From the NCBI GenBank assembly GCA_023380305.1, contig JAMCQZ010000005.1:14902-78901 (forward strand): a DNA stretch of 64,000 nt. Direction: 5' to 3'. Below the pieces are notes generated by a model. The model did not search any database. It saw only the letters and a list, made by a program, of their open reading frames with translations, and was not told where the DNA came from. Shown here piece by piece: positions 1-8,636 of the stretch. Position 1 is the stretch's first letter; every line of letters begins with the position of its first letter. Origin of the DNA: Patescibacteria group bacterium. Lineage in GTDB: Bacteria; Patescibacteriota; Minisyncoccia; UBA6257; Colwellbacteraceae. The position numbers and the translations under genes are program-made.

Positions 1-180
1 CGCCGTTCCATATTCGATGTTCGGAAAACGCTTGACGATCGCGAGCACGAGAAGAATGTTCGTTTCCGCCAGTCTGCGTTTAGCCGTTTCATCGAATGGC
101 CGCGCCAGAAGCGAAGCCAGCTCCTCGGAAGTCAACCGCAAAGGCAAGTTGGGAAGAAACGGATCCGCCGCGCCTTGCAT
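1..180 (-). CDS. sigma-70 family RNA polymerase sigma factor, N-terminal part (runs off window edge)
   Basis: Not in ORF track. Manual translation MQGAADPFLPNLPLRLTSEELASLLARPFDETAKRRLAETNILLVLAIVKRFPNIEYGTA resembles sigma region 1.2/2.1 (ArerLie.NlrLV..ia+rf). GAAAGGAG RBS lies shortly upstream. Confidence 0.55.
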   Translation of the reverse strand, partial: MQGAADPFLPNLPLRLTSEELASLLARPFDETAKRRLAETNILLVLAIVKRFPNIEYGTA

Positions 181-368
181 AACCCGATCTCCTTTCACAA
201 AGACCGATTTCAGCCGAACCCCGCTCCGAGCGGAGTTTCAAACATTAAACCCGGACCGGAACGATAAATCAAGCCTTCTTCAATAAACCGCTTTTTTCCG
301 CTATCTGCGACAGCGGCTCCGCTCCATAAGCGTCTATATAATATATAATCGGACGCTTTGAAAGCGCG

Positions 369-1772
369 TCAGCCTTTGATGACGGCTACCGGCTTCATCC
401 TCGCGATTTTCGCGGCGATTCCGGACCGGCTGATAACATCAACCACCTGGTCGACATCCTTATAGGCTTCGGGCGCTTCTTCCGCAAGTCCGGAAATCGA
501 ACCGGCGTTTATGGAGACCCCTTCGGCCGAAAGCTTCTGTTTTAATTCGCCGCCACGGATTTTTCTTCGCGCTTCGGTCCGGGACATCCTGCGACCGGCG
601 CCATGGCAGCTCGAACCGAAACTCTCTTTCATGGCGGCGCTTTCACCCATAAGAAGATAAGACCTTGTCCCCATGCTCCCAGGGACGAGAACCGGCTGGC
701 CGGGGAAAGACCTTGTCGCACCTTTCCGATGGATCACCAGTTTTTTATTTGCTCCGGAGACGGCATATTCCTCGATCTTGGCGATGTTGTGCGCCACGTC
801 GTAAAGAAGCTCCAGTTCCCCGGCTCCGTCGCCCAGGATCCCCCTCCAGGCCCGTCTGACTTCCCAGGATATGAGTTCACGGTTTCCCCAGGCGAAATTG
901 GCGGCGCCGGCCATCGCCTGGAAATAATTCCGGCCCTCATCCGAATCGAACGGCACGCAGGCCAGCTCCCTGTCTTTCAAAAAGATGCCGTGCCTGGGCA
1001 TGGCCCTCATCATCTCCCTGATGTAATCGGTAGCCACCTGGTGACCAAGTCCGCGTGAACCCGTATGTATTAAAATAACGACCTGGCCCGGGAACAGTCC
1101 GAATTTGTCAGCCGCGTCCTTATCAAAAATTTCCTCGATCGTTTCCACCTCCACAAAATGGTTCCCGGCGCCGATCGTGCCCAATTGGTCGCGACCACGG
1201 TCCTTGGCGCGGACAGAAACCATCCGCGGATCGGCTCCGGCCAGACATCCCTGCTCTTCGCAATTTTTAAGATCTGCCGGATCGCCGTATCCGATTTCCG
1301 TCATCCGGCCGGCCCCCCTCCTCAAAACTTCATCCAATTCCGTATCGGTCAATTTCAACCGTCCGGCTTGGCCGACTCCCGATGGAATCTCCCGATATAA
1401 AGCCCTCCCCAGTTCCGGAATAACGGACCGGATCGCGGAGACATCGATATTAGAACGCAGAAGCCTCACTCCGCAGTTGATGTCGTAACCGATGCCGCCG
1501 GGGGAAATAATCCCCTCTTTGAGGTCAAAGGCCGCCACCCCGCCTACCGGAAACCCGTAACCCTCGTGGATGTCGGGCATGGCGATCGCATAATCGACGA
1601 TTCCCGGGAGGCCAGCGACGTTTACAAGCTGATCCAAGGAACGATCGCCGATGATCTCATCGAGCATTTCTTCTGTCGCATAGACTCGCGCCGGGACCCT
1701 CATATCCGAGCGATAGGTTTTCGGTATCTCCCAAAGCCAATCATTTATTCTTCGCAAAGCCGATCTTTCCAT
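369..1772 (-). CDS. rtcB: RNA-splicing/repair ligase RtcB
   Basis: Motifs MPDIHEGYGFPVG, GYDINCG, GAGNHF, HTGSRG, HNIAK, HRKGAT, SSCHGAGR, EEAPEAYK. Confidence 0.97.
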   Translation of the reverse strand: MERSALRRINDWLWEIPKTYRSDMRVPARVYATEEMLDEIIGDRSLDQLVNVAGLPGIVDYAIAMPDIHEGYGFPVGGVAAFDLKEGIISPGGIGYDINCGVRLLRSNIDVSAIRSVIPELGRALYREIPSGVGQAGRLKLTDTELDEVLRRGAGRMTEIGYGDPADLKNCEEQGCLAGADPRMVSVRAKDRGRDQLGTIGAGNHFVEVETIEEIFDKDAADKFGLFPGQVVILIHTGSRGLGHQVATDYIREMMRAMPRHGIFLKDRELACVPFDSDEGRNYFQAMAGAANFAWGNRELISWEVRRAWRGILGDGAGELELLYDVAHNIAKIEEYAVSGANKKLVIHRKGATRSFPGQPVLVPGSMGTRSYLLMGESAAMKESFGSSCHGAGRRMSRTEARRKIRGGELKQKLSAEGVSINAGSISGLAEEAPEAYKDVDQVVDVISRSGIAAKIARMKPVAVIKG

Positions 1773-1775
1773 GGA

Positions 1776-2183
1776 TTAGATATCAAAAATTATGGTTGTC
1801 GCGAGAACCCCGTTTTCATTCTCAACGATATCGGCTTCGTGATAAGTGACGGCTTTAATGTCCCGTTCAAACCGGACTGCCGGACGCGCTTTTAAAATCG
1901 CTCGCATTCCGGTCGGCGAAAGCTTTTCAAACTCGATGTCGCGGTAAAACTCGAAATTTTTTTCCATGCCGAAAAGGACTTCATTCAAGAAGTCGACAAG
2001 CAGCGCCGTCCGGTCGGCGGCTGATAATTTTATTTTCCGGTTGGTCTCTTTAAGATCGTCCGATTCCCGCGGGCCGGCGATAAAAACCATTCCTTTCAGA
2101 GCGTCCCTAAACAATTCTTCCAGATCTTTCCCCTCGACAGACAACCGGATATCGGCTGTATGTCCCAAGATCCTGTAGGGCAT
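1776..2183 (-). CDS. archease (RtcB activator)
   Basis: N-terminal HTADI and C-terminal IKAVTYH...IFDI; directly upstream of rtcB. Start moved to ATG at 2183. Confidence 0.93.
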   Translation of the reverse strand: MPYRILGHTADIRLSVEGKDLEELFRDALKGMVFIAGPRESDDLKETNRKIKLSAADRTALLVDFLNEVLFGMEKNFEFYRDIEFEKLSPTGMRAILKARPAVRFERDIKAVTYHEADIVENENGVLATTIIFDI

Positions 2184-2264
2184 CCCGTGTCTCCAGTATA
2201 ACAAAAAACTTGCCGGAACTGCCAACGACCGGACCCATTTCTTTTTTCTCCGCGGAAATATAAA

Positions 2265-2549
2265 TTAATCCTCCAAGGCCCTGCGGATATAATCGAGCGT
2301 CTCGTCGTCCGGAATGGCATCGCCGAACCGATCTTTAAAATCGTTGATATCTTCGCTATAAAGACCGCGGAGCTGTTGGCTAATAATCCCGTCTCCGGAA
2401 CCGAGCTCATCCATGAGCGTCGTCCATTTTTCCGCGAGGACGACCACTTCCGGATCTTGGGGATCGATTTCCTTGGCCATCGACAATTTAATAGCCTCAA
2501 TCGTCTTCGATCGCTCCGTTTCGTTTTGAATCTGCAAAGATTCGTCCAT
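2265..2549 (-). CDS. stand-alone TipAS-like antibiotic-recognition domain protein
   Basis: DPQDPEV..LAEKW...L..LY.ED..F......L.YI..AL pattern of the TipA C-terminal domain; no MerR HTH. Confidence 0.6.
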   Translation of the reverse strand: MDESLQIQNETERSKTIEAIKLSMAKEIDPQDPEVVVLAEKWTTLMDELGSGDGIISQQLRGLYSEDINDFKDRFGDAIPDDETLDYIRRALED

Positions 2550-2564
2550 GATATTGCGCGTCCT

Positions 2565-3068
2565 TTACTGTATGTAAAAAGGAAGGACCGAGATAAGCGT
2601 GTTGTTGATATAGGTCTTCAGCTCGTATTCTCCGGGGCCGAATTGCAGGTTTTCGCAACCGACGCTGTTTCCCGGACCCAAAGCCCGTGGAAATCCGGCG
2701 GATCGCGGACTGGCATAAGTCGCCAAAGCCCTGTCGTAAATCGCGGTGCTCAAAACTTTCGCCGGAATTTGACTTTTCATATCCATGATCACACAAAACT
2801 GCTCTCCGGCGGTGAAATACTTGGTTTTAATCACTTTTGCCGGATCGAAGACAACGCCCGCCTCCAGTTTACCGAGATAGATACGCGTGAAATAATTGGA
2901 AAAAGTCGACTTGTCCGGCTCTTCTGAGAGCGGCTCGGTGTTCTCTTCTGTTTTCCCGCCCGCTTCCGCTCCCGGGGCGGAAAGATCGCGACGGCTCATA
3001 CCGAATATCACAGCGGCGATAATGACAACTAAAATTAAAATAATATATAAGCCCTTTCTATTGTTCAT
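2565..3068 (-). CDS. membrane-anchored hypothetical protein
   Basis: MNNRKG followed by a hydrophobic helix and a beta-rich soluble domain; TATAAT on the minus strand at about 3102-3107. Confidence 0.7.
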   Translation of the reverse strand: MNNRKGLYIILILVVIIAAVIFGMSRRDLSAPGAEAGGKTEENTEPLSEEPDKSTFSNYFTRIYLGKLEAGVVFDPAKVIKTKYFTAGEQFCVIMDMKSQIPAKVLSTAIYDRALATYASPRSAGFPRALGPGNSVGCENLQFGPGEYELKTYINNTLISVLPFYIQ

Positions 3069-3158
3069 ATCGACTGATGATAAAAAACGACCTTGAAACA
3101 ATTATAACACAGAATTCCTCCGTCGATTCGAAAGGGATGTGCTATGATGTATTTTGTG

Positions 3159-3710
3159 ATGAGGACCGTTATTTTTATTCATGGATATAACGCTTCTCCG
3201 GAAATCAACTGGTATCCGGAAATGCGTCGCGAGCTCGATAAACTTCGCGTCCCTTACCGGATGCCCGCGCTCCCGGGCGGCGACAACCCGAAAAGCAGGG
3301 AGTGGCTCCGGATCATCGACGAAACCGTCAAATCCGTAAAAGGAGACGTCGTTTTGGTCGGCCACAGCCTCGGGACCAGAGCGGCCCTCTTATATTTGGA
3401 CCAATCGAAAAAACCGGTAAAAGGCGTTCTGCTGGTCGCGCCGTTTGACAACAACATCGCAAACGCCGGCCGCCGCGGCTTCGGATACTCGGATTTTTTC
3501 GAATATCCCTTGAATATCGGAGAAATCAAAAAACTTTCTCCGAAATTCGTCGTCATGCACTCGCACGACGACCAAAGGATCCCCTTTGGCCAGGGCAAAA
3601 GAATCGCCAAGGAGCTCGGGGCGGATTTCGTCGCTTATGACGGCAAACACCATTTTGCGAGGCCGGAGAGCTTTGCCGACGTGTTCGCCCAACTAAAAAA
3701 ATTTTTGTAA
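3159..3710 (+). CDS. RBBP9/YdeN-family alpha/beta hydrolase
   Basis: FIHGY, NWYP, GHSLG nucleophile elbow, HSHDD, GKHHF. Confidence 0.9.
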   Translation: MRTVIFIHGYNASPEINWYPEMRRELDKLRVPYRMPALPGGDNPKSREWLRIIDETVKSVKGDVVLVGHSLGTRAALLYLDQSKKPVKGVLLVAPFDNNIANAGRRGFGYSDFFEYPLNIGEIKKLSPKFVVMHSHDDQRIPFGQGKRIAKELGADFVAYDGKHHFARPESFADVFAQLKKFL

Positions 3711-3766
3711 TCCACGCCGTCTGTCGCCCTCGGAAAAAAATTTAGAGAAATAACATCACGGGACGC

Positions 3767-4159
3767 ATGAATATTGAATCGGCTGAAAAACTGTTCGACG
3801 ATAACGAAAAACAGATTTTGCGCATCTTTAAAAAAATCCAGATGCTCGAATTTTGGCTGAAGACGAAGATTGCCGACAAAAAAAGCCGTTCGGCCGAAGA
3901 CTTCGAGATTTACGAGAAGTGGCTTGAGGACAAAACCTGGAATTTCGTCATCGACGAGTTTCTGGTTCTCTATCCAGAAAAGGAAAACCTGCGGTTCGAA
4001 CTGAAACGCGCCATGGCCGGCCGCAACAAATTTATGCATGCCGTCTACACCTGGGCTATGGTTTCGAGTAAAACCCGCGTCGAGGAAGAAGGCAAAGCCA
4101 TGCTCGACGATATCGAGGAAGACATCGCCCGGGTCTTAAAAGCGCTGCTTGCGGACTAG
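3767..4159 (+). CDS. hypothetical protein
   Basis: 130-aa ORF with normal composition filling the gap between same-strand genes; contains RNKFMH. Confidence 0.6.
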   Translation: MNIESAEKLFDDNEKQILRIFKKIQMLEFWLKTKIADKKSRSAEDFEIYEKWLEDKTWNFVIDEFLVLYPEKENLRFELKRAMAGRNKFMHAVYTWAMVSSKTRVEEEGKAMLDDIEEDIARVLKALLAD

Positions 4160-4223
4160 GCGCGACTAAAGCTTGCCAAAGCATTGAAAAAATGCCGATT
4201 TTGGCGTATCCTTTACAAGTTTT

Positions 4224-5681
4224 ATGGCCAAAAATGAAGTTATTTTGCGGTTCGACGAGGTATCCTTCGGATATTCGCCCACAAAGCCTATTCTCGACGA
4301 GGCGGGTTTTTCCGTGCGCCAAGGAGCCAAAATCACCCTGATGGGGCAAAACGGCGCCGGAAAGACAAGTATTTTCGAACTGATAAACGGCGGCCTCAAA
4401 CCGGAAGCGGGAACGATTTCCATAAGCCAAGGAGCAACCATCGGCTTGAGCCGGCAGGTCGTCCGCCGGTCAGAGCTCGACCTCGACGTCCGCGAATTTT
4501 TCGAAAAAGCCTTCGCCGAAAAAATATACGACATTGATCCGCGCATCGCGAAAGTGCTCAAGGTGGTTAATCTCGACGCGCCTCTCGACCGGAAGATCGG
4601 CAGCTTCTCCGGCGGACAGCAAGCCAGACTGCTTTTAGCTTTCGCCCTCATCCAAAATCCGGATATCCTGCTTCTCGACGAGCCGACGAATAACCTCGAT
4701 AAGGAAGGGATCGATCATCTTAAAAAATTCATCATCGAATATCCGAAAACCTGTATCGTCATTTCCCACGATGCCGGCTTTTTAAACTCCTTTACCGAAG
4801 GCGTGCTTTATCTCGATGTCTTTACAAACAAAGTGGAGCAATATGCCGGAAATTATCTCGATGTCGTCGAAGAAATATCGAAACGAATCGAACGCGAGAG
4901 GATGCAGAACGTCCGTCTGGAAAAAGACATCGAAAATCGCAAAGAACAAGCCAATTTTTTCAGCCAAAAGGGCGGGCATATGCGCGACGTCGCCGCCAAA
5001 ATGAGAAATAGGATAGAAGAGCTTGAAACAAGCAAAGTGGAAATACGACGAGACGACCGGACCATTAGAAGCTTCGCCATTCCGATGCAGGAGAACATTT
5101 CCGGAGACATTATCAAAATTTCGGCGGTAGCGAGTGTTAAGGACGGGAAAACCGCCGTGAAAAAAATCGCGCCGATCGCCCTGAAGAAAAAAGACCGGTT
5201 GCTGCTGACCGGACCGAACGGCATCGGCAAGACCACCTTTCTCGAGGCCATCGCTTCTGGACGCGCTAAAGGCATTGAACTCGCTCCGGACGTGAAAATA
5301 GGTTATTACCGCCAGGATTTCTCGACGCTCGATTTCGACGAAACCGCCTATGAGAATCTGGCCGAAGTGATGACCCAAGGAGGAGAAGAAGAACTCCGTT
5401 CGGCCGCCGCGGGATTTTTAATAGACGCGGACACTTTAAGAAAGAAGGTTGGAGACCTTTCGGAAGGACAAAAGGGCCTTCTCTCCTTCTGCCGCCTGAT
5501 GCTTCAAAAGCCGGGGCTTCTAATCCTCGACGAGCCGACAAATCATATCAATTTCCGGCATATTCCGGTGATCGCCGACGCCATAAACCGCTACGAAGGT
5601 CCGGCGATCCTCGTCAGCCATATGGCCGATTTCGTGAATAAAATCAAAATCACAGCCTCGGTCGACCTTGGAGGGATTTAA
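4224..5681 (+). CDS. ABC-F family ATP-binding protein (ribosome-associated)
   Basis: Two NBDs (GQNGAGKT/FSGGQ/LLLDEPTN and GPNGIGKT/LSEGQ/LILDEPTN), linker YAGNY, no TM segments. Confidence 0.92.
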   Translation: MAKNEVILRFDEVSFGYSPTKPILDEAGFSVRQGAKITLMGQNGAGKTSIFELINGGLKPEAGTISISQGATIGLSRQVVRRSELDLDVREFFEKAFAEKIYDIDPRIAKVLKVVNLDAPLDRKIGSFSGGQQARLLLAFALIQNPDILLLDEPTNNLDKEGIDHLKKFIIEYPKTCIVISHDAGFLNSFTEGVLYLDVFTNKVEQYAGNYLDVVEEISKRIERERMQNVRLEKDIENRKEQANFFSQKGGHMRDVAAKMRNRIEELETSKVEIRRDDRTIRSFAIPMQENISGDIIKISAVASVKDGKTAVKKIAPIALKKKDRLLLTGPNGIGKTTFLEAIASGRAKGIELAPDVKIGYYRQDFSTLDFDETAYENLAEVMTQGGEEELRSAAAGFLIDADTLRKKVGDLSEGQKGLLSFCRLMLQKPGLLILDEPTNHINFRHIPVIADAINRYEGPAILVSHMADFVNKIKITASVDLGGI

Positions 5682-5827
5682 TCGACGAATTTGTGATAAA
5701 ATAATCTACAAATCGGCCGAAGCTGTGATCTTTACTGCCACCGACTCGGCACGCGGCTGATCCGCAAGGAACGCTTGGTTTGAACAGGCGCATGATGCAT
5801 AATAAATCAAGGTTCTGACTGACGCAT

Positions 5828-6361
5828 ATGAAAATCGATTTTTGGAGAAAGTTTTTAAGGAAGAAAAAAATCGTGGGCTTCACCTGCGGCGCTTTCGACC
5901 TCTGCCACGCGGGACACGTGCGCATGTTTAAAGAATGCAAAAAGCATTGCGATTATTTAATCGTCGGCGTCCAGGGAGATCCGAGCATCGATCGGCCGGC
6001 GAAAAATATTCCCATTCAATCCCACGCCGAACGCTTAGAAATCATGAGTTCCATCCGGTTTATCGACGAAGTCATTCCCTATAACACGGAGGAGGATTTA
6101 TATCGGCTGCTTAAAGGATTAAAAGAGCAGAACCGCGTGGATATCCGGTTTCTGGACGAAGATTGGCGAGATAAACAATTTACCGGCTGGGATCTTGATT
6201 TTAAACTATATTTCAACGATCGTTCCCACGGATTTTCGACTAGCGAACTCCGACGACGCATTTATCTGGTGGAAAAGAATAAAATGCTTATGCAAGAATC
6301 CGCGAATGATCCTGAAAATTTATCCGCCGAAACCGCTGACATAAACCATGCTTATCGATGA
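5828..6361 (+). CDS. cytidylyltransferase, TagD/glycerol-3-phosphate cytidylyltransferase-like
   Basis: GAFDLCHAGH (HxGH) and RSHGFSTS motifs. Confidence 0.85.
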   Translation: MKIDFWRKFLRKKKIVGFTCGAFDLCHAGHVRMFKECKKHCDYLIVGVQGDPSIDRPAKNIPIQSHAERLEIMSSIRFIDEVIPYNTEEDLYRLLKGLKEQNRVDIRFLDEDWRDKQFTGWDLDFKLYFNDRSHGFSTSELRRRIYLVEKNKMLMQESANDPENLSAETADINHAYR

Positions 6362-7310
6362 CGTTACTATTAGGGTTTCCGGCGGCGACGGCGGCCGAGG
6401 CGGAATGTATTTCAGCAACATCAAAATGCAGCTCGGTCCGACCGGCGGGAGCGGCGGCAAAGGCGGCAGTGTCTTTCTGGAGGGAGTTTCCGATCTAAAC
6501 AGCCTGACTGTTTTCCGCTACAAAAAAGAGTTCCGGGCGCAGGACGGAGACAACGGCCGGCAAAGATGCAGCGACGGCCGCGGCGGAGACGATGTTGTTC
6601 TCAAAGTGCCTGTCGGCACCGTCATTACCGACCTCGACACTGGCGAGACAAAAGAAATCCTGCGGACCGGCCAGAAGCTGCTGGCGGCTTCCGGAGGGAA
6701 CGGAGGAAAGGGTAATTTTCTTTTCCGGTCTTCGAAAAACACCAGTCCGACCCAATTTCAAGAAGGCCGGCCCGGAGAAACCAAGCGACTGCGGCTGGAA
6801 TTAAAGCTGATCGCCGACGTGGGGCTCGTTGGACTGCCGAACGCGGGAAAATCAAGCCTCCTAAACGAGCTTACGAACGCTTCGGCCAAAGTGGCCAACT
6901 ATCCCTTCACCACCCTCGAACCAAACCTCGGGGTTTATTATGAGCTCATCCTGGCCGATATCCCGGGGCTGATCGCCGGAGCCTCGGCCGGCAAGGGTCT
7001 CGGCATAAAATTCTTGAGACACATTGAACGGACGAGGATTGTCTTCCATCTGGTTTCGGCCGAATCCACGACACCGGTCAAAGACTACCGCACGGTGAGG
7101 TCGGAACTCAAAAAATACAATCCTCTGCTTCTTAAAAAACCCGAATATCTCTTTTTATCGAAAAGCGACCTGATTAAAGAAAAAGACCTGAAGAAAAAAC
7201 TCGACGCCCTTAAAAAGATAAACCCGAAGACCATCACCGTTTCCATCCACGATTGGGACAGCCTGGAAAAGGTAAAAAAGATATTGAATAAAATCAAGGC
7301 GGCCAAATAG
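6348..7310 (+). CDS. obgE: GTPase ObgE/CgtA
   Basis: Gly-rich Obg fold, ELKLIADVGLVGLPNAGKSS, YPFTT, DIPGLI. Confidence 0.97.
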   Translation: MLIDDVTIRVSGGDGGRGGMYFSNIKMQLGPTGGSGGKGGSVFLEGVSDLNSLTVFRYKKEFRAQDGDNGRQRCSDGRGGDDVVLKVPVGTVITDLDTGETKEILRTGQKLLAASGGNGGKGNFLFRSSKNTSPTQFQEGRPGETKRLRLELKLIADVGLVGLPNAGKSSLLNELTNASAKVANYPFTTLEPNLGVYYELILADIPGLIAGASAGKGLGIKFLRHIERTRIVFHLVSAESTTPVKDYRTVRSELKKYNPLLLKKPEYLFLSKSDLIKEKDLKKKLDALKKINPKTITVSIHDWDSLEKVKKILNKIKAAK

Positions 7311-7357
7311 AATCCCCGCTTGACGGCAAAAAATTAATATTGAATACTGATTGAGCT

Positions 7358-7570
7358 ATGAAAACAAAAAAGGACATCTTAAACGAACTCATCGGCGAAG
7401 CCAAGGAAACCCTGCTTCGCATCGAGATAACCACCCACTACGTTGAGGCCAAACAGGCCGAGACGCAGAAAGACCGATATCTGCAGGAGCTCGCCAAACT
7501 CAAAGCCAACAAGGACGAAAACGAGGATTGGCTAAAGTTTCTCGAAGAAGAATTGAAGAAAGAAAAATAA
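7358..7570 (+). CDS. small coiled-coil hypothetical protein
   Basis: 70-aa charged helical ORF; TTGACG-17 nt-AATACT promoter-like sequence upstream and a terminator downstream. Confidence 0.65.
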   Translation: MKTKKDILNELIGEAKETLLRIEITTHYVEAKQAETQKDRYLQELAKLKANKDENEDWLKFLEEELKKEK

Positions 7571-7596
7571 CAACCGCGCTTTCTCCAATATCGAAT

Positions 7597-7631
7597 AAAA
7601 ATCCCCGCCTGACTAACCGACGGGGATTTTT
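7597..7631. terminator. bidirectional rho-independent terminator
   Basis: AAAAATCCCCG...CGGGGATTTTT inverted repeat between convergent ORFs. Confidence 0.7.
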
Positions 7632-7993
7632 GACGCTTCTGTTCCAAAAGCGCCTGCTTCGGCCACCGAAGGAGCTCGCTCATTCATAAAACCGGCGAAT
7701 TCTTTCGGGTCAGTGGTAAAGAGCAAAACGCGCGTCCGCAGATCGACAGCCATTAACAACGGATCTGGACCATCCACAAACCGCCGAAGAGATGACGGAA
7801 CGCTCAAGCCGTAAAGCGGGACCACAGCACCAAAAGCCCGGAGGCCAACACAACGTATCGCCGCCTCGACGTCGAACGCCGGATCGCGCTTCAGAACGAT
7901 TCTCCTGCCAAGCACGACTTCGAACGGTCCAACAATGTTCAAGATACACCTCCTCATCCAATTTGAGACCATTTGAAAATAAATCCTGCACAT
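7613..7993 (-). CDS. hypothetical protein (uncertain)
   Basis: Longest ORF in the gap, converging on the terminator; no recognisable motif; start uncertain. Confidence 0.35.
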   Translation of the reverse strand: MCRIYFQMVSNWMRRCILNIVGPFEVVLGRRIVLKRDPAFDVEAAIRCVGLRAFGAVVPLYGLSVPSSLRRFVDGPDPLLMAVDLRTRVLLFTTDPKEFAGFMNERAPSVAEAGAFGTEASKIPVG

Positions 7994-8033
7994 TATTGTG
8001 TCAATGATCGCGCCGAAAAGTTATAATAAAAAG

Positions 8034-8630
8034 GTGAAACTGAAAATTTCCACAAAAATCTTTTGCGCCATTTTGATCGCGGCCGCCGCTTTTCTGGTTG
8101 ATCCAAAATTCATCACGCCGGGCGCCGATAAACACGCTCCGGCCGATATCGTCCGCCGCCTTCTCGCTTGGGGAAACCTGGCTTCGGAAAAGCCGCGAGA
8201 AATCGACACCATCGTCATTCACACTTCCTACAATGCCTGGGGCAAAGATCCGTTCGACGTCGACGGCATCATCAAGCAATACAAGCATTACGACGTAGCT
8301 CCCCATTTCCTTATAGACAGGCAGGGCCGGATTCATGAGCTCGCGCCCGTCGAAAACGTCGCCGACCACGCCGGCAAAGCCCAGATGCCCGACGGTCGGG
8401 CAAACGTCAACGATTTTTCCATCGGCATCGAACTCGTCAACAAACCCGATACCTTCATGACAATAGTCCAGTATGAGGCTTTGGCCGGACTCATCAAGGA
8501 TCTCGGTCAAAAGCATCCGATCGACAACGTCGTCGGACACAGCGCCATCACCACCATCGATAAAACCGATCCCTGGAATTTTGAATGGGAAAGACTGAAC
8601 TATCTTCTTTATTTCGACGGCCTCCGTTAG
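8034..8630 (+). CDS. N-acetylmuramoyl-L-alanine amidase (Amidase_2/AmpD-like) with N-terminal anchor
   Basis: IVIHTS, HFLIDRQG, ADHAG, NDFSIGIEL, VVGHS, KTDP. GTG start lies 6 nt after TATAAT. Confidence 0.9.
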   Translation: MKLKISTKIFCAILIAAAAFLVDPKFITPGADKHAPADIVRRLLAWGNLASEKPREIDTIVIHTSYNAWGKDPFDVDGIIKQYKHYDVAPHFLIDRQGRIHELAPVENVADHAGKAQMPDGRANVNDFSIGIELVNKPDTFMTIVQYEALAGLIKDLGQKHPIDNVVGHSAITTIDKTDPWNFEWERLNYLLYFDGLR

Positions 8631-8636
8631 GCGCGG

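Noticed and set aside
5712-5790. HDV-like ribozyme or known riboswitch match
   Set aside because: The nested stems are similar, but the conserved L3/P1.1 and catalytic junction residues are missing; kept only as an unassigned structured leader
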